DNA from: the human T2T-CHM13v2.0 reference genome, Homo sapiens
Assembly: GCF_009914755.1 (NCBI RefSeq)
Contig: NC_060932.1
Length of the DNA stretch: 64,000 bases
Direction: 5' to 3' (one strand)
Shown here: piece by piece, positions 1 through 10,560 of the stretch
Layout of the letters: the number at the start of each line of letters is the position of its first letter
Position numbering within the stretch: the first letter of the stretch is position 1
Position numbers and translations under genes: made by a program
Notes under the pieces: model-generated
What the model was told of the DNA's origin: nothing
Seen by the model: the letters and a program-made list of their open reading frames with translations, nothing else
The model's database searches: none

Positions 1-509
1 AGTGACGCCTTATTTTCCCTTTGCTCTCTCCTGATGTACTTTGTTTATTTTTGAAGTAATTGATGCAATTCTTCCATTCCACTTTGGCAGATTCTTTAAA
101 TGGTGGGTCACTACCAAGGTGTGCCTGGGTTGATCCCCTTTATTTTCCTATAAAGCTTTCTCCTTTTCTTGCCTTCAATTATAATCAAGGGAAATGTGAC
201 AGGGAGAATTTCCAGGAATAGTCCCAAGATCCAATGCCTTCATCTTTGGAACTTTTGAATTACTTCTATAGTTCTGTTATGCTATACGGCACTGTTGATC
301 TTAAGAGGAAAGTATCTGGATGGCTCTAATATGATTACAGGAGTCTTTAAAAGAAGACAATTTCTCCAGGTGTTTACAGAGATGAAGACAGAAGGATTCA
401 GAACATGAGAAGGACTGGTGTGCTTTTCCTGTTTGAAGATATAAGGGACCACAGGGGAAGGAATGTGGGCAGCTTCTAAGAGCAAAAAATGTCTCTGGCT
501 GACAGCCAG

Positions 510-906
510 TGTCTCAGTCTGCTTGTACTGCCTGACACTGGATAATTTATAAACAACATACATTTATTTCTCATGGTTCTGGAGACTGGGAAGTTCAAGA
601 TCAGGGCACTGGCAGGTTTGCTGTCTGGTGAGGGCCCAGTCTCCACTTCTAAGATGGTGCCTTGAATACTGTGTCCTTCTCCAGAGGGGACAAGTGCTGT
701 GTCCTCACTTAGTGGGAAGAATGAAAAGACAAAATGGTCCTTACTAGGTTCCTCCATCCCTTTTGTAAGAGCACTCATGCATTCATATGGGCAAAGTCTT
801 CATAACCTAATTAACCCCCCAAAGGCCACACCTCTTAATACTGTTGCATTAATGATGAAGTTTCAACATGAATTTTGGAAAGGACACAAACATTCAAACA
901 ATAGCG
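510..906 (-). mobile_element. MST/MLT1A-type solo LTR nested in the MLT1 LTR
   Basis: Typical antisense MaLR text 'tttatttctcatggttctggagactgggaagttcaagatc..tttcaacatgaattttgg..acattcaaacaatagc'. TSD-like flanks gccag (505-509) and accag (907-911). Confidence 0.85.
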
Positions 907-1179
907 ACCAGCAAGGAAACAAGGACCTCCATCCTGCAACTGCAAAGAGCTAAATTCTTCCAATAACCCAAATGAGCTTGAGAACAGATTCTTTCCTGAG
1001 GCCTCTGAACAAGAGAACAAGAGTCCAGCTGGTCCAGGCTTTGATTTCAGCCTCGTGAAACTGTGAGTACTCCCAGCTAAGCCTGCCTGAAACTTTTGGC
1101 CTGCCAACCCATGAGATAATAAATGATAAAAAATAAAGCAATAAATGAGTATTGCTTTAAAATGCTAAGTCGATGTGTA

Positions 1180-1528
1180 ATGAGGGTAGTGGTACGGACA
1201 ATAAAGTACAGGGTGAAGTGATCTCAGATGGAGATGAGGAACGTTTTTGGAACTGGAGCAAAGGTGACTCTTGCTGTGCTTTAGCAAAGAGACCGGTGGC
1301 ATTTTGCCCTGGCCCTGGAAATCTGTGAAACTTTGAACTTGAGAGAGATGATTTAGGGTATCTGGTGGAAGAAATTTCTAAGCAGCAAAGCATTCAAGAC
1401 AAAGCAGAATGTAATCATTTGGAAAGTTTGCAGCCTCCATGCGATAGAAAAGAAAAATCTATTTTCTGAAGAGAAATTCAAGCTGGCTGCAGAAATTTGC
1501 ATAAGTAATTGAGGAGCCAAACGTTAAT
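1180..1528 (+). mobile_element. THE1/MST internal fragment without LTRs
   Basis: 'tctcagatggagatgaggaa..ggaactggagcaaaggtgactcttgc..gaacttgagagagatgatttagggtatctggtggaagaaatttctaagcagcaaagcattcaaga'. Confidence 0.9.
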
Positions 1529-1550
1529 AGATGAGAATCAAATTTACCTG

Positions 1551-1696
1551 TATCTCATGTAATTTATGGAATACTGTACTGAAAGTGAAAGTCAGAACGG
1601 CTGTAAGGGTAGCTTGGTTTCTACTGAATGCGTATGACTTCTGCACCATTGTAAAGTTGAAAAATTATCAAGTCGAACCATGGTAAGTTGGAGAAC
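1551..1696 (+). mobile_element. MER47A/Tigger5-family DNA transposon, 3' part
   Basis: 'tatctcatgtaatttatggaatactgtactgaaagtgaaa..ggtttctactgaatgcgtat..gtcgaaccatggtaagttgg'. Confidence 0.75.
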
Positions 1697-1904
1697 ACAT
1701 AGACACATAGAGGGAACAACACACACTGGGGCCTACTGGACGGCGGAGGGTGGGACCAGGGAGAGAATCAGAAAACAATAAGTGATGGATACTAGGCTTA
1801 ATACCTGGATGATGAAATAATCTGTGCAACAAACTCCCATGACATGGCTTTAGCTATATAACGAACTTACACACGTACTCCTGAACTTAAAAGTTAAAAA
1901 AAAA
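1691..1904 (+). mobile_element. L1PA13-16 3' UTR end with A tail
   Basis: 'gagaacacatagacacatagagggaacaacacacactggggcc..ggcttaatacctggatgatgaaataatctgt..cctgaacttaaaagttaaaaaa'. Confidence 0.9.
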
Positions 1905-2312
1905 GATAAAATGCCTATAATAAACTGCCAGAAATAGGTAGGATATATGTGATGCACACGGTTTACCGTGATCATTTATTCTGGCAGTGACAGCAAACTA
2001 ATACAGCCAGGAACCTGCCCATTCACCCTTCAGGAAAATATCTGTGCTCACTGAAGGGAGCTAAACTCAGGGTGCTTTTCCTATCATGTGGAAATATACA
2101 GTCTTTACTCTGAAGCTGATGCCTCCATTGAGTTTCTAACAACTGGGGATGGGGAGAAAGGAAAAGAAAGAAATGTCTGAGACAGACACACTGCATAATT
2201 GCGGCCTGCAGCTGGGTGTTTGTACCTTGGCAATAACACTACTGCTATTTGTACATAACATAGGTAGAAATATTCTTACCTTACACTTTGGGTAGTTGAT
2301 TTTGTAGAGAAA

Positions 2313-2548
2313 AGTGTTAAGAGCATCAACTCTGGAGTGAGGTGTCTTTTGCTACTTCTGGCCAGTGGTGTAACCTTGGATAAAACGCTTGGCCTTGCCT
2401 AACCCTCACTCTTCATATCAGTGGAATGGGGAGAGAAATAGCACCTAATTTAATGGTCTGTTTTGAGGGTTAAACAAGAGAATGTTTATGAAGCACTTCC
2501 TTCAATACCTGGCACCTACTAAGTGTTAACTAAATGGTTATAATTATA
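2313..2548 (+). mobile_element. MIR SINE
   Basis: Degenerate MIR core and 3' end 'gtgtaaccttgga..aatgggg..gagggttaaacaagagaatgt..cctggcacctactaagtg'. Confidence 0.7.
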
Positions 2549-2551
2549 GTT

Positions 2552-2670
2552 ACTCATGTATTCATTCAAAAAGAATGTATTAATCAACTGCTCTGTGCCA
2601 GGCATTGCTAGGCAATGTGAGAATACAAATCTGAAAGAGGAGCAGTTTCCACCTTCAAACGTCTCTCAGC
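2552..2670 (-). mobile_element. L2 3' end
   Basis: 'tcattcaaaaagaatgtattaatcaactgctctgtgccaggcattgctagg'. Confidence 0.65.
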
Positions 2671-3684
2671 ACAGCGCAGTGTCCACATGTGTCCTTCACA
2701 TTTATTCGCATATGTAAATTTTCCCGAGTGTGGACATGTGTGTGTTGGGGGTGCCAGTGGTGTGAATTCTGCATTCTCTGAAAGTGCCAAAGAACAAAGT
2801 ACCACATTCAAACGTGAGGGGAGGTGGGGCTGCAGCCCCAGGTATCCATCTTTCTCCTTCTCCCGGAGGCAGGCGGCTGTGTACTCTGGGAACACTGACG
2901 ATGTGGCTATTAAATCATTTCAAGTGGTGGAGCTGGGAGGTCCTGGCCAGGCCCTCCCCCACAACTACCCTATTCTGGCACAAAGAGGGGTGTTATGTCT
3001 CACACATACCAACCAGCAGGCCACAGGAAAAGGGCTCCCCTTGCCAAATAATTTTGCCCAGTCCTCCTCTCACACAGGGGAAGCAAAAACCGATCCATTA
3101 GCTTGGTTGTCTGGGAGTCCCAGAACTCCTCAAAACAGATCCATCAGTTGAAAGCATAAATATTTACTTTGGGCTCATCTGAATAACCCAGAACAGGGAC
3201 TCTGTTTTTTATCAGTAATAAAAAACACTCCCACCTAAAGTGGGATTTAGAGCTTTTTGTCTTTCAATCTTGCCTGCCTAGAATCACTCAAACTTCCTGT
3301 GAGAGACTATATCAGGATTTCCTCATGGCCTCCAAGCGGGGCTGGGGGCCGGGGGTGCACATGAGCACAAAAGGAATGCTCTCACAGGGGAGCTGTGTTT
3401 TCTTTTACTGTGAAAAGTATGTGTGGCCTCAGCCTGGCTCCTAGTACACAGGTAACTGAAATATTTGCCCTTGGGAGAGAAAGCGCAGAATGTTCTCTTA
3501 AAATGCTCCAACTGGTGAAATAAGAGATTTTAGATAAACAGCTTTTGAGGGACCCCATTTCCTGAGCTATGCTTTGATCACATGACAACAGCGCCAGCGA
3601 AAACACTTTGTTATCCTTTCAAGGGAGATGTTCGAGAAAGAACTTCTGCCTGGGTCATGGAGGTGAGGATTTGGGCATGGTGGA

Positions 3685-3718
3685 GGGAGTGGGGGAGGGT
3701 GGGAAGAGGGGGGTAGGG
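3685..3718 (+). other. G-quadruplex-forming motif
   Basis: GGG AGT GGGGG A GGG T GGG AAGA GGGGGG TA GGG: six G-tracts with loops of 1-4 nt. Confidence 0.7.
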
Positions 3719-4127
3719 TACAAGAATAAAAGGAGATGGGATGGGGCTGTTCACAGGCAAATCTGGAGAGTTTGTCTTTCACACTCTCCAGCCCTACTTT
3801 CCCTCCTACATCTCTCCCCAGCCCCCTTTCTGGAAGCCAGACTGACCTGGCAGAAAGAGCTCAGATTCAGGAAGCAAAGTAATTGTCTTCAAGCATAGGC
3901 CCAACTTAGGCCTGGTGTATAGATATTCAGATAATGTGAAATGAATGAAAAGGTTCTATCATTCTTACTACCATGCAGATTTTTTTAACCCCACCTGGCT
4001 TCAATTTCTTTATCTGCCTCACGGGTTAATAATGCTTACCACCAGAGGTGTGTAAAGGTGAATAAGCAAGCAGATAGTGTATGTACCTAGCACAGAGACT
4101 GGCCCACTAAATTTTAACATTAAAAGA

Positions 4128-4567
4128 TGTCAAAAGACAAAATTACAACAGATCTAATTGACATTTATTCACAATTCATCAATCAGGGTGGCCTTCATTT
4201 TATAAAATAGAGTGAGAGTTCCCATTGGGCAATAGCAGAACATGGGATTTGTAAGATGGGAACAAGGAAACAGAACAATACAAACATACCCACACACACA
4301 CGTATTTAACATCAGATTACTTCCATTTACTTTTTTATAGGTTTTAAAGCCGAGATGGATTCCTTATTACTCTGACTCAGGTAGACTGGAACTTCCGGTT
4401 TTCAGAGAAAAAGATCTGTCCGTTTCAGGATTTATCTGTTTCCTTACAGTTTCAGTTTGATTATGCGGTATTTAGCATGAGTGACTCCATTTTGGTCTGG
4501 TCTGGTCTGTTGAGCCCTAGTATAGGAGCTCAGTCCAAAACAATGGGCTCCCATAATTTTGTTAAAA
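4128..4567 (-). mobile_element. ERV1 solo LTR, MER67/MER31 group
   Basis: 'agcatgagtgactccattttggtctggtctggtctgttgagccctagtataggagctcagtccaaaacaatgggctcccataattttg'. Begins with TG at 4128. Confidence 0.7.
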
Positions 4568-4930
4568 AAGGCTTTGGAAACTGGCAAATGTACAGAAACC
4601 AGACTATTTGAAAATCGTCAGTTACTCAGGTTTGCAAGTGTGCAGTCAGTATAAATAAACAACTTCCGTTGAGAGTTTTTGATGCACCGAGTCACTGGCC
4701 TTCCAGAATGACTGTTATAAAGGCTAGCTAGCTTTATCAAGCTGGGCAGAGGCTGCCCGTGACTCCAGTGCTATTTCATCTCCTCTAGACATGATCAGGA
4801 AATTGTCATTGCAGCAGTAGAAATAGATGGGGAAGCACTTCTCTAACAAGGAAGATACATTTTGTCTCGATTACCACAATGGAGACTGTTGTACTAATTC
4901 ACCAACATGGTTTAGGCACCTCTAGCAGTA

Positions 4931-5330
4931 CAGTCATTCGTCTCTTAACTACAGGGATTGTCCTGAGAAATGTGACGTTAGGCAAGCTTATCATTGTGCA
5001 AATATCATAAAGTGTTAGATGGTCTAGCCTATTGTACACCTAGGCTATATGGTATAGCTTATTGCTGTTGGGTTACAAACCTGTAAAGCATGTTAATGTA
5101 CTGAATACTGTTAGTGTAATGAATATTGTAGTATACTGAATACTGTAGTCAATTGTAACACAATAGTAAGTATTTTTCCATCTAAAAATATCTGAACATA
5201 GAAAATGGTCAGTAAAAATACAGTATAAAAGATAAAATTGATACACCCGTACAGGAGCATCTACCATAAAGTAGCTGTGGGTGAGTCAGTGAGTGAGTGG
5301 TGTATGACTGTAAAGACCTAGAACATTACT
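4931..5330 (+). mobile_element. Tigger3/Tigger3b (Golem) left arm, truncated
   Basis: TA followed by TIR-like 'cagtcattcgtctcttaac'. Also 'cacctaggctatatggtatagc..tacaaacctgta..gggtgagtcagtgagtgagtggtg'. Confidence 0.85.
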
Positions 5331-6027
5331 TTTTTTCTACTTTAAAAAAAAATAATTTCAACTTTTATTTTAGATTCAGAGATACATGTGCAGGTTTGTT
5401 ACTTGGGTATATTGCATGATGTTGAGGTTTGAGGCACGATGAATCCCAACACCCAGGTACTGAATACAGAACCCAACAGTTAGTTTTTCAACCCTTTCCC
5501 TCCTTCCGTTACTCCTCCCTAGTAGTCTCCAGTGCCTATTGTTGCCATCTTTATGTCCGTCAGTACCCATTGTTTAGCTCCCAATTATAAGTGAGAACTT
5601 GCAATTTTTAATTTTTCATTCCTACATTCTCTTAGGATACTGACCTCCAGCTGAATATGTGTTGATGCAAAGGACATAATTTCATTCTTTGTAATGGCTG
5701 CATAGTATTCTGTGGTGTATATGTACCATATTTTCTTTATCCAATTCACCATTGCTGAGCACCTAGGTTGATTCCATATCTTTGCTATTGTAAATAGTGC
5801 TGCGATGGGCGTATATGAGTGCATGTGTCTTTTTGGTAGAACGATTTATTTTTTGTTGGATATATACCCAACAATGTGATTGCTAGGTTGAACAGTTGTT
5901 CTGTTTTAAGTTTTTTGAGAAATCTCCAAACTGCTTTCCACAGTGGCTGAACTAATTTACAATCCTACCAGCAGTGAATAAGTATTCCCTTTTCTCCTCA
6001 ACCTTGCCAACATCTGTTGGTTTTTGT
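5331..6027 (-). mobile_element. L1PB/L1PA16-like 3' fragment (ORF2 C-terminus plus 3' UTR)
   Basis: T-rich tail at 5331 and L1 3'UTR text. ORF 5585-5824 reads IAALFTIAKIWNQPRC..WIKKIWYIYTTEYYAAI, the L1 ORF2 C-terminus. Confidence 0.95.
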
Positions 6028-6194
6028 TCAGGTATTTTTAAAGTAAACATTAAGGGCAAGGTTCCTGATATTACAGAATTTATATCCTAGAAGAGGATAC
6101 AGGTAACAAACAAATAAATGTGCAACTTATTTCAGATATGTTAGATGCTAAAGAAAAGAAAATGTGATAGATGTAAAGCTTCCTTTAGGACTGT

Positions 6195-6475
6195 TTTCAT
6201 TCATCTATTTATCCTGTTATTTATTCATCAGTGCTTATCATGCACATAATTTTTTATGTTAAAGATACAGCAGTGATCCAAGCACGGCTGCATTAAAATA
6301 AAAGAAAATACAGCAGTGAACAAGATATAATTGTTGTCCTCAAGAGCATACATTAAGCCGAGGAGTCAAAAGTTAAATATTAAAATAATATTGATTATTT
6401 AAAGGAGAAATACAGGGTACTATGCGTATAAAACAAGGCATCATACTATAGTCCTAGGCTGTCACAAAATGCTTC
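6195..6475 (-). mobile_element. L2, left piece (continues at 9428-9665)
   Basis: 'ttcattcatc..gatacagcagtgaacaaga..tgtcctcaagagcatacatt'. Confidence 0.65.
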
Positions 6476-6776
6476 TTGGTAGACTGTTAGAGCAATGGTC
6501 ATCAATGAATTATATGTGTTCTGACTATACCCTTGTGAGGTCCCCTTCTGCAATGACTATGGGGTTGGCCACATGGTTTTCTTTGGTCAATGGTCAATGA
6601 GATATAAGCAAGCCTGAAGTGCACAGAGGTATGAAAAGCACTGTGCACTGGGGCTTGTCTTCTCTTGCTGCTGGTAACTCTTCTGCTACCACATGCAGAA
6701 ACTCAGGATGACCTGCAGGATATATGTTGCCCCACCAGCAGCTAGCACCCATGGCCAGGTGTATGAGTGAAACATC

Positions 6777-7134
6777 TGCCTTGGCTTGAATGTGGTATTT
6801 CCTCCAAAATTAATGTTGAGACCTAATCACCAAAGTGATGGTATTAAAAGGTGGGCCCTCTAGAAGGCTATTATGTCATAGGGTCTCTACCCTTATGAAT
6901 GGGAGTGGGTGCCCTTATAAAAAGGCTTGCCAGAGGGAGTTCATCCCTTTATGTCCTAATGCCAATGGCAGCAGCATTCAAGGCATCAATTTAAAAGCAG
7001 AGACAGAACCCTCACCAGACAATGAAGTTTCCAGCAACTTGATCTTGAACTTCCCAACCTCCATAACTGTGAGAAATACATTTCTGTTCTTTATAAATTA
7101 CCCAATCTGTTGTATTTTGTTATAGCAACACAAA
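6777..7134 (+). mobile_element. MSTC/MSTD-like LTR nested in the MLT1 5'LTR, 3' terminus missing
   Basis: 'tgccttggcttgaatgt..ctccaaaattaatgttgagacctaatc..ctgtgagaaatacatttctgttctttataaattaccca..tatagcaacacaaa'. Confidence 0.85.
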
Positions 7135-8271
7135 GGGCATGATTTCATTCTTTTTTTATGGCTGCATAGAATCAAATCATTCAGCTGAATTTGAGATGAC
7201 AATGGCTGCAGCTGCATAAATGATCCCAGGTGAGACCAGAAGACCTATCCAGCTAATCTCAGCCCAAATTATGACCCAAAGTGTCATGAACAAATAGAAT
7301 GGTCATCCTTTTAAGTCAATAAGCTTTGGGATGGTTTGCTATGTGGCAAAGGCTAATTGACATAGAAAAAATACCTAGAAGAGTGCTGCTGTCATAAAAC
7401 CTAAAACAGGAGTGATGAGCTTTGGGAATGGACAGTAGGTGGAGAACGAAAAAGTTGTGAGAAAGCTGTTATTTACATCTTGTAAAGTAGTGAACACAAC
7501 TTTTTTATGGTCTTGAAAAGTGCTAAGGAAACTGCCTTTGGAAATTGGAAAACAGTTGATTTGTGTTATGCAGCAGTGTCAAATTGTCATCTGAGTTAGC
7601 TGAAAGAAAATATTCCTAATGAATTTGCAGATCTGGCTAAGGATATTACCAGGAAGAACTTTGAAAGTGACAATTGGCTTCCATTAGCTGCATCTGAAAA
7701 GGCTGGCGAAGCATGAGATGAGCTAAAGAGAGAACTCTTGAGATTGCAAGCAATATTCAAAGGAATTGTAATGTAATCAGAATTTTCTACATTGAAAAAT
7801 AAAACTGTTTCACAGCTTTAGTCTCTCCAGATAGCAATAAGATTTCTTATGTAAGAAATGGCCTCAGATTAAAGATCAAATCAAGAGTGTGATTTGATAT
7901 AACTCCTTGTTAAGATCCCTAAAAGATTGAAAGTTGTACTTAGTAGACCCTCTCAGCTAAACAAAATTGCTTTTAAAAATCTTAATTGCATGTTCCCATA
8001 GAAGCTTAATCTCAAAACAGCCCTAAAATGTAGTGGGAGAAGGCTTTCCCAAAAAGAATTTTGGCTGTGGATTTTGAGTACTAGACAAAGGGATGTAAGG
8101 TGATACATAGCAAACCCAAAAAGGTTTTAAGGAAGTTATACAATCTGAGATTAAAGGAAATTGAGACTGTCCTCTAGACCCTTCCCCCTACCAAAAAAAA
8201 ATTTTTGTTTTTGATAAGAGGCAGCCTGAAAAAGAAAATAACTACTTTACAAAATTTTTATAGCATGAGGT

Positions 8272-8577
8272 GCAAACTAATGCAGGAACAGAAAACCAAA
8301 CACCACATGATCTCACTTATAAGTGGGAGCTGAACAATGAGAACACACGGACACAGGGAGGGGAACAAAACACACTGGGACCTGTCTGGGGAGGGCTGTG
8401 GGTGGGGGAGAGCATCAGGACAAATAGTTAATGCATGCTGGGCTTAACACCTAGGTGATGAGTAGATAGGTGCAGCAAACCACCATGGCACATGTTTACC
8501 TATGTAACAAACCTGCACATCCTGCACATATACCCCGAAACTTAAAATAATAAAATAAAATAATAATTTAAAAAAAG
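8272..8577 (+). mobile_element. L1PA8-12 3' end with A-rich tail, inside the MLT1 internal region
   Basis: 'gcaaactaatgcaggaacagaaaaccaaacaccacatg..gtttacctatgtaacaaacctgcacatcctgcacat..cttaaaataataaaataaaa'. Confidence 0.93.
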
Positions 8578-9427
8578 AGCACAGGCAAATAGTAGTTTAT
8601 AGATCCAATCCCATGAGCAAAACCACAGTAGGGGGCCTGACAACACGTACTTGGCTTTATTTTATGATTTATTTTATGATTTGCCTCCCATTCCTTCCTC
8701 TTTTGAATGAAAGTACTATGAATGTTTTGTTCCTGTTTCATCATTGTATATTACATATATGAGGGTAGGTAACTTGTCTTTTCATTTGTCATGTCTGAAT
8801 CAATGGGAATCATAGCCTAGGAGCTACACTCAAGAAGCTTCATCTGTATCTAGACCTAATGTGGATTATGAGATTAACAGCTTTGGGTCTGATATCATGA
8901 TTGAATGACATTTTAGGGCTCTCCCTAGGGTGTTAATTTATTTGGCATGTTAGAGGAAAATGAACCACTGGAGTCAAAGAGAAGACTGTAGGCCTCTTAT
9001 GCATCATGCCTCCCTGTATGTATGTCTTGGGTAATTTCTTCCCATAGTGGCTCTGGGCTTGGCCATGTGACTTATTTTCACCAATGAAACTTTAGGAGAC
9101 GTGATGCAAGCAGTCACTTGAAAAGTGTTTGTGCATTGGGATTTGCTTTGTTTTGCTGCTGGGGACCCTGCACCCATGTGAAGAATCATGGGCTAGCCTG
9201 CTGGAAACACATGACCCAGCTAAAAGCCAGCACATGCCATAGAAGTGAAACGTAAACTGTCTATTCCTAGTTAATCTTCTGTATGACTGAAACTGCATCA
9301 GTGATCCAAGGGGCCAAGCAAAACAACTGCCCAGTCCAGGTTGTTGACCTACAGTTTCATGAGAATAAGTTGGTGTTTTAAACTACTGGGCTTTGGAGCA
9401 TTTTGTTCCTCAGAAAATGCAAATATG

Positions 9428-9665
9428 GCTTTCCCAAGGTAAAGATATTTAAATCGAGGTATGAAGGTTCAGTGGAGATTCATTACACAAGGGGGAAGAG
9501 GAGCAATATTCCAAATAGAGGGAATAGCATGCATAAAGAAGAACCTGAGGAAGGCATGCAGATGCTAAGTTTGAATGTCTAGAAGAACATCAAAGTGGCT
9601 AGGACTAGAAGAGTGAAAATAGTATGAAATAAGTTTGGTGAGGCAGAAGTAGCCAGATTACGCAT
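9428..9665 (-). mobile_element. L2, right piece
   Basis: 'attccaaatagagggaatagcatgcataaag..cctgagg'. Confidence 0.65.
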
Positions 9666-9674
9666 GTCTTCTTT

Positions 9675-10090
9675 ATTCATCTGTTATTGCTACAATACGG
9701 CTGCATAATAAACCACCCTAAAATACATTGACTTGCCACAACTATTACCCATCATACTTCTGCCATCAAGTTTGGGATTAACTGCCTAAACTGAGCTCAG
9801 CTACACAGCTTTGTTTCAGAATGGGAGTGAGTCCGGGCTTGGCTCCTCACTGTGGTCTGGACTCAGGTCTTGTCTACATGTTTTCATGCTTAGGCCCAGT
9901 CTGAAAGGGCAATAGCTGCCTGGAAAACTCTTCTTATGATGATAACAGAGGTGCAAGAGAGAGACCTAACCCTAACCCCAACCCAGCAAGCACATCTATG
10001 TTTTCATCTCATCTGCTACTATCCCTTTGACCAAGGTATGTCACATGAATGATTTCAAAGTCAAAGCGAAGGGAGTACTTTCTGCTCACA
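9675..10090 (-). mobile_element. Old MLT1 (I/J-like) LTR
   Basis: 'gctgcataataaaccaccctaaa..tctgctactatccctttgaccaaggtatgtcacatg..caaagtcaaag'. Confidence 0.65.
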
Positions 10091-10117
10091 AATACATCTC
10101 ACAAAAGTGAGTCACAC

Positions 10118-10560
10118 TGTTCATCACAGCATTATTCATAGTAGCCAAAAAGTGGAAGCAATCCCATTAGAATGAATTTTAAAAATTTATACTGGTACCA
10201 TAGAATACTCTTCAGCAATAGAAACAAAGCACTGATACATGCTACAACATGAACTTCAAAAACATTATGCTAATGAAAAAAGCTAGATACAGAGGACTAC
10301 AGATGTGTGATTCCATTTGTATGAAATTTCTAGAAAAGACAAATCTAGAGAGACACAAAGTCTATCAATAGTTGCCTAGGGGAGGCAATGGGGATTTACT
10401 GCAAATAGGCACAAGGAAACTACATTAATGGAAATGTTCTAAAACTGGACTTGGATGATGATTGTACAACTGAATCAATTTACTAAAATTTACTGAACTG
10501 TTCACTTACAATAATCAAATCTTGTGGCATGTAAATTATATCTCAATACAGGTATTAAAA
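10118..10560 (+). mobile_element. L1MB/L1ME 3' region
   Basis: 'tgttcatcacagcattattcatagtagccaaaaagtggaagcaa..gattccatttgtatgaaatttctagaaaagacaaatcta..atgtaaattatatctcaata'. Confidence 0.85.

Larger units (their letters stand above)
195..2005 (+). mobile_element. MLT1E/F-like MaLR solo LTR, interrupted by 510-906 and about 1171-1965
   Basis: Starts TGTGACAGGGAGAATT. Contains MLT1 motifs 'ctgacagccag..caaggaaac..cctgcaactgcaaagagctaaattcttccaataacc'. Terminal 'gcaaactaataca' ends at 2005. Confidence 0.7.
6476..9427 (+). mobile_element. Complete MLT1H/I-like MaLR provirus: 5'LTR 6476-7362, internal 7363-8986, 3'LTR 8987-9427
   Basis: Two homologous LTRs ('ttggccacatggttttctttggtcaatg' vs 'ttggccatgtgacttattttcaccaatg'). 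MLT-int text lies between them, with a purine tract before 8987. TSD-like gcttc (6471-6475) and gcttt (9428-9432). L2 is contiguous across the element. Confidence 0.8.

Noticed and set aside
2687-3151. Longest ORF (154 aa)
   Set aside because: No recognisable domain or homolog and no evident promoter or splice context. It overlaps other equally arbitrary ORFs, and this length is plausible by chance in GC-richer DNA.
5585-5824. ORF with real protein similarity
   Set aside because: It is a decayed L1 ORF2 C-terminal remnant, not a host gene.
9965-9984. Telomere-like cctaaccctaaccccaaccc
   Set aside because: Only about three units, one of them variant. Too short to call an interstitial telomeric insertion.
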